Part shown: in pieces, positions 59,379-64,000 of the stretch
Layout of the letters: each line of letters starts with the position of its first letter
How positions within the stretch are numbered: position 1 is the first letter of the stretch
Source of the DNA: Phoronis australis
Lineage: Eukaryota > Animalia > Phoronida
Assembly: GCA_002633005.1 (NCBI GenBank)
Contig: NMRA01000161.1
Span: 687,275-751,274, forward strand
Direction of reading: 5' to 3'
DNA length: 64,000 bases
Position numbers and translations under genes: made by a program
The notes under the pieces: model-generated
Told to the model about the DNA's origin: nothing
Seen by the model: the letters and a program-made list of their open reading frames with translations, nothing else
Databases searched by the model: none

Positions 59379-59853
59379 GGTGAATGGTCGTCTTAGACAT
59401 ATCAAAGTTACATCCAGAAGCAGAATTTCAACTTGAATGTTTAACTGGCTAAAAAACAAAATCGAATTAAGAATTGTACTCATGTAAAATCAGATCACAT
59501 TTGTTTTAGGCCAAAACGAAGGCACGAAACGTCGGATAAATATGTCGTTATTTACTTACGCGCTAATTTTAAAGTTCGTGCATGTAAAATAGGTCTCATA
59601 ATATTCCTTAGCATGACTGGATCTTAATTCCATTACCATTAAGAACATTGAAACCAGCAGCAACTCATGAAAGCACTTCAGTGTTTTGGAGTTAGACAAC
59701 CCCGAAATTGCAAATTCAAAAAGGGCACATGAATGTATAACCCGTGATTTGAGCTGGTAATAGAAATGGAACCCTGTCATGGTAATGGAAGTCATGAAAG
59801 TGAAGGGCCTAATTCAAATTATTTTTTTTAACCACACAGGACGAAATGCAGCC
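59379..59853. mobile_element. Kolobok-like non-autonomous element with TTAA TSD
   Basis: ttaa|ggtgaatggtcgtc ... gacgaaatgcagcc|ttaa. Confidence 0.6.
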
Positions 59854-61064
59854 TTAAATTTGATATTGTTTCAACGTTATTAAACTGGAACGGAAAGCAA
59901 CAGTCCTCCTTTGCCCAGGTGTAATTATGAAAATGGTCTCAGTAGCTTGGTAACTAATTGTAGAATACGAAAATCTTGAACAGAACTGTGGGAGAGGAGT
60001 TGAAAAGAGGCCCATTCCATGAAAATTGACTTTAGACGTAAAACAGAAAATTTGGTCTTACTCTTCCAGTTGAATCAAGTAATTATGAGATCACAGTCAA
60101 GAAATAAAATGCATAGAAATTATAATTAGTAACCAGCAGTTATGTATATTCCCTGAGAAGAACCTTATCTTTAACCAAAGTTGAGTGGCTAAAGAGTGGG
60201 TCATAAACTCTACCTTTGACACAGAAGAATGAAGTCAAGTGTGAATGAAATTGAGAAAGTGGTACATTCTTTACACTAAACAGGTGCTATGGTAATATCT
60301 GGCCAATGTAGAACACAGTACCTATTATTATTTTAACGCTCTATAGCTGCCATCATACAAAGTTAAAAGGAGCTGCAAGCATCCGCATCAATGTCAAAGA
60401 CCTTGAAAAATGAACAATATCAATATTTGCAATTATGTCCGTACGATATTGGATAGATTTTAACGTATTTCTATAAAATAAAATGGCAGGCATGCTCCCA
60501 GGAGTTTAGTTGGAACGAAATGGCCTATGGGCAGCTGACAGTCGAAACACATCTTTGCAGCATTTCAAATTGGTACAAATGCCTCTCCTTTAGTTTCAAC
60601 TCCAGGCAACAGCCAGCAGTTTCCAAATCCAGATATCAATGTAGTCCATATTCAGCATCCCCTGTGCTGTGGGTTGCAACACCAGTGGCAGAAAATTGCG
60701 ATAAACCTGAGAACTGTATGCGGAGGCATTATCTTCTGACACGATTCCTGGAATCAGCCACACATTTCTAAAACGAGGCCAGTGGAACAAATCGCTTTCC
60801 TATTTCCAGGAGAAAGGAGAATACTATGTAGTACCGAGGCATTGAAATACTGATCCGCAAACCGAATCCAATTATATTATTTTTTATCTTATTTTTGGAG
60901 AAAAGTGATCCTACTAAATTTTTCACAAGAAATTCAATTTCAGAAGCCAAACAGTTGAAAAATCAATTGCTACAGTGTACTATGCTATAATACATCACAG
61001 CCTGTAATTTATTGCTGTTAAGTGACTTTAAATGTGCACAGCCTCAGAAATCACTTTAGCATTA

Positions 61065-61226
61065 TATCCAGGTTCTCATTTATTCCCTTGCATACATTCA
61101 CTAGTAAAACTGAGCTCAGAGGAGTAGGAGATACCTTTGTGCAATGCTGGATTGTATGCCAGTAAGGTCAGGATTTGAACCGGGAGTCTCCCAAACAGGA
61201 GTCTAGAGCTCAAACCACTAGTGCCC
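61065..61226 (-). mobile_element. Degenerate tRNA-derived SINE
   Basis: Reverse strand gggcactagtggtttgagc...cccggttcaaatcctg (A/B boxes). Confidence 0.5.
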
Positions 61227-63364
61227 ATAAATGCTGTAATTCAGTGCTGCTCCAGTTAAAAAGTAATGAGGATAATTGATGACACCAAGGGTTGTAAAAA
61301 TATATTGAGGAAGTATTTCTGATGGAAAGTAACTGGAAGCAGATTAAAATCCTTAAGCTGAATTTCACCCTGAAAAATGAAAATCGGATTAGGCGTTTTA
61401 CTCTCATAAATTGGACTCATACACGTAGTATTCCTTACTGTCATAGGATTCTATTTGCATTACCAACAAGAACATTGAAACCAACCGGCCCCAATAACCT
61501 CTAAAGCATTTTCTTGAGTCGTTAGTAGTTTCCACGTTCTGGTTGATAGTGGGAATAGAATCCTATTATGGTGTAAGCAATATTATGTGACCGATTTCAA
61601 GAGGCCCAATTCGATTTTTCTTTAATAGCCATCGAACAGGGCAAAATGCAGTTTTAACCAGAATTTTGCTTGTGGAGACTAAAAATAACTGATTAATTGA
61701 TTTCTTAGAGTATAAACCTATTGTAGAAGACTATATCAAAGCAATAACAATGACAACATCAGAAATTGAGAACTTGAGACATAGCAATGCTGGGGTTAAA
61801 AGTTAAAGACTTTAACAAATATGGCAGTTGGTACCAAATAGTGTGTTGAGCATTACTTGAAGCTGCTGTTTTTACCACTTTAGATTGGTCTGGAATTGTT
61901 AGTAATTAAAATTAAGACAGGATTTTACAAGTTTTCACATCTAGGTTTTGAGTTTTTGTACTAACATATTGAGGTCATTGGCATTAATGTTAGCCAGAGT
62001 TTCAGACTTTTCAAGCAGTTATTGTTAGAGAATGCAAGGTCACGTGGTTTTTGGAATTTTTGTGCCCAAATCAAAGATGATTTGTTTTGGGATAATTTGT
62101 TTTAATATGAATTTTATTGAGAGTCATGTACGCCAAACTATAGTCCACCAAACTTAAGGCTATGGTGTCCGAACAACGGCTGTCAGATAAAACTGCACAT
62201 TCCATTTACTAGCCTCTCTTCTTCTGTATGTCCTGATAAGGTTTCAGTTAGCACACAGGTGTGACCACTCAGGCTAACATCAGACAAAACATTCAAACCT
62301 ACATCAGGTGCATTCCTGGGCAATGAATAGGTCAACTTAATTTGCAAATTAAAGTGCCGTCTACACACAGACTTACCCTAGAACACCTTAAACGGAGCAC
62401 GTGCATATATCCGATAATTACTCTAAGACTTAATTTGTTGCTCTATGCATGACAACAAACAGCTGATGCAAATACGGTATGAAAAGGAAAGTCCATATGA
62501 TAATTTACTTTAGCCTTTCACCAGATTTGCCACCACCCTGCGATTAAAAGAAGCGCAAGTTGCCCTTGAGAAAGATTACCCTACCTTGATAAGGTGGAGT
62601 AGGTTGTCGCAAGTGGGGCAAGTTGCACTAGATTAAATAGTGTAGACAGTTCCCACATCTAGCCACATTGTTCCAGCAGTAACTTGGTCTGTGAGTGGGG
62701 GCAGTACTTTACTCTTCTTATTTCTCGTTTTTCCTACTGTTATTTCTGACCAAGGCCCTCACTAACCAGTCGCTACTGACGGTTTGCTACTGGCGGCAGC
62801 TGAGAGCTGCAGAATGTTTGAATTCAGGCCGTTTTTTCAGTTCCATGTTACATAATATGTGCAGGAAACAATTAATATTGCTTGCAAGCTCCAGATTGTG
62901 TTACATTTTGATGATGAGAGTAATTCTAATATGTACTCATAATGCAAAATGGCAGCAATGTCAATCATGGACTATAACTATACGGTTAACTCTCACCAAT
63001 TTTAGACGAAAATTATTGCCAAAATTTTCCTTTTTAGATTTTTTCAATGGCTTCCAACATCGTTGTGTATGCCCGCAATTTTTCAAAAGTTTGTGTGGAC
63101 GGTACCTGTGGTACAAAACGTGAACAAAACAATGCAATTAATTCAGTGTTACATGTACAGAATGGTGAAGTGATGAAATAAAAATTGACTAGTGGGCATG
63201 CACTGTATCCTATATTGGAGGAATTAAATGGGTCAGTTATACCCTTCATGCTGGGTGAGCAAATAGTAAAGATGATAGTTACATCTGGAACTACTTTAAG
63301 TGAATCCCAAGTTAAGTTGTGCAGGTTATTGGAGATAGTAAATATGACCAGGAAATAGTGTTAC

Positions 63365-63479
63365 CTCTTGACTTAATCACATTTGGCAGTTGGGTTAACT
63401 CAACACTCTTCCCACCCATTGTTTGGTTCATCCAGTTACATTGCGCTATTAAATGTAGGAATGCAATTTCTTGAAAGGT
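63365..63479 (-). CDS. Candidate upstream exon (TFQEIAFLHLIAQCNWMNQ...VIKSR)
   Basis: gccag acceptor, gtaaca donor; open frame. Confidence 0.3.
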
Positions 63480-64000
63480 CTGGCTTGGGGATGTGGTCAA
63501 CAATGAAATTCACAGCTGGCTAATAGGAGAAAATGTGCCCACCTCAGATGCAAGGCATGGCTGTACCCAGTATGACTGGACCTAAACAGAAATGTTTAAG
63601 ATATGCGGAATGCAAAACTATGAATGAAACCACTAGCCAAGATGTGGTGAACCATGAAACTGCCATGAATCACATTTTGAATTTAAAGAGCTTTTTTGGT
63701 AAATGGCCAATTGCTGACAAAACTGCATGTTTAACATTATTAAAAGTTTCTAATATAGTTCTTAGAGCCCACAAATTTTCACATTATTGTAATATAAATA
63801 TATTTATAACCAGCCCCAACCCCCAAAATATTCAATTTCTGAAATGATAAGGATATGTAGGATCATAAAAACTGTCCAAACTTGACAAGCTTCTGAACAT
63901 CCAGCAAAGGCTGATCAGATTCATATGAAAACTATAGATACCATGCTTTACACACTGTTCGCTGTTAGAAGTTGGTTTTAAATTTTTTTTGCATTTTTGC

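Overview
AT-rich, intron-rich genomic DNA from an animal, most likely an invertebrate (inferred from repeat types and intron style; the species cannot be determined). Positions 1-~18.9 kb hold the 3' half of a TRIP12/Ufd4/CTRIP HECT E3 ubiquitin ligase gene on the + strand. Twenty phase-consistent GT-AG exons (1027-16461, about 950 codons) end in [16 protein letters not shown]...FHLS*, followed by a ~2.4 kb 3'UTR. Converging on it from the - strand is a multi-exon gene I cannot name. Thirteen phase-consistent exons (38489 to 20414, about 500 aa) can be chained, with possible OB/cold-shock-like segments near the C-terminus, and further candidate exons run to ~63.5 kb. The introns carry MITEs, Kolobok/hAT/Harbinger-like non-autonomous elements, tRNA-derived SINEs, a Penelope-like fragment with inverted arms, a HINE-like element spanning an N-gap, and tandem repeats. 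The most notable signals are: (i) repeated tandem duplications straddling exon boundaries, one of which builds two frame-preserving 49-nt GT-AG 'proto-introns' in TRIP12; (ii) six exact matches to the CTCF consensus; (iii) a candidate frame-switching alternative exon near the 3' end of the unknown gene. All splice models were read by eye and need RNA-seq confirmation.
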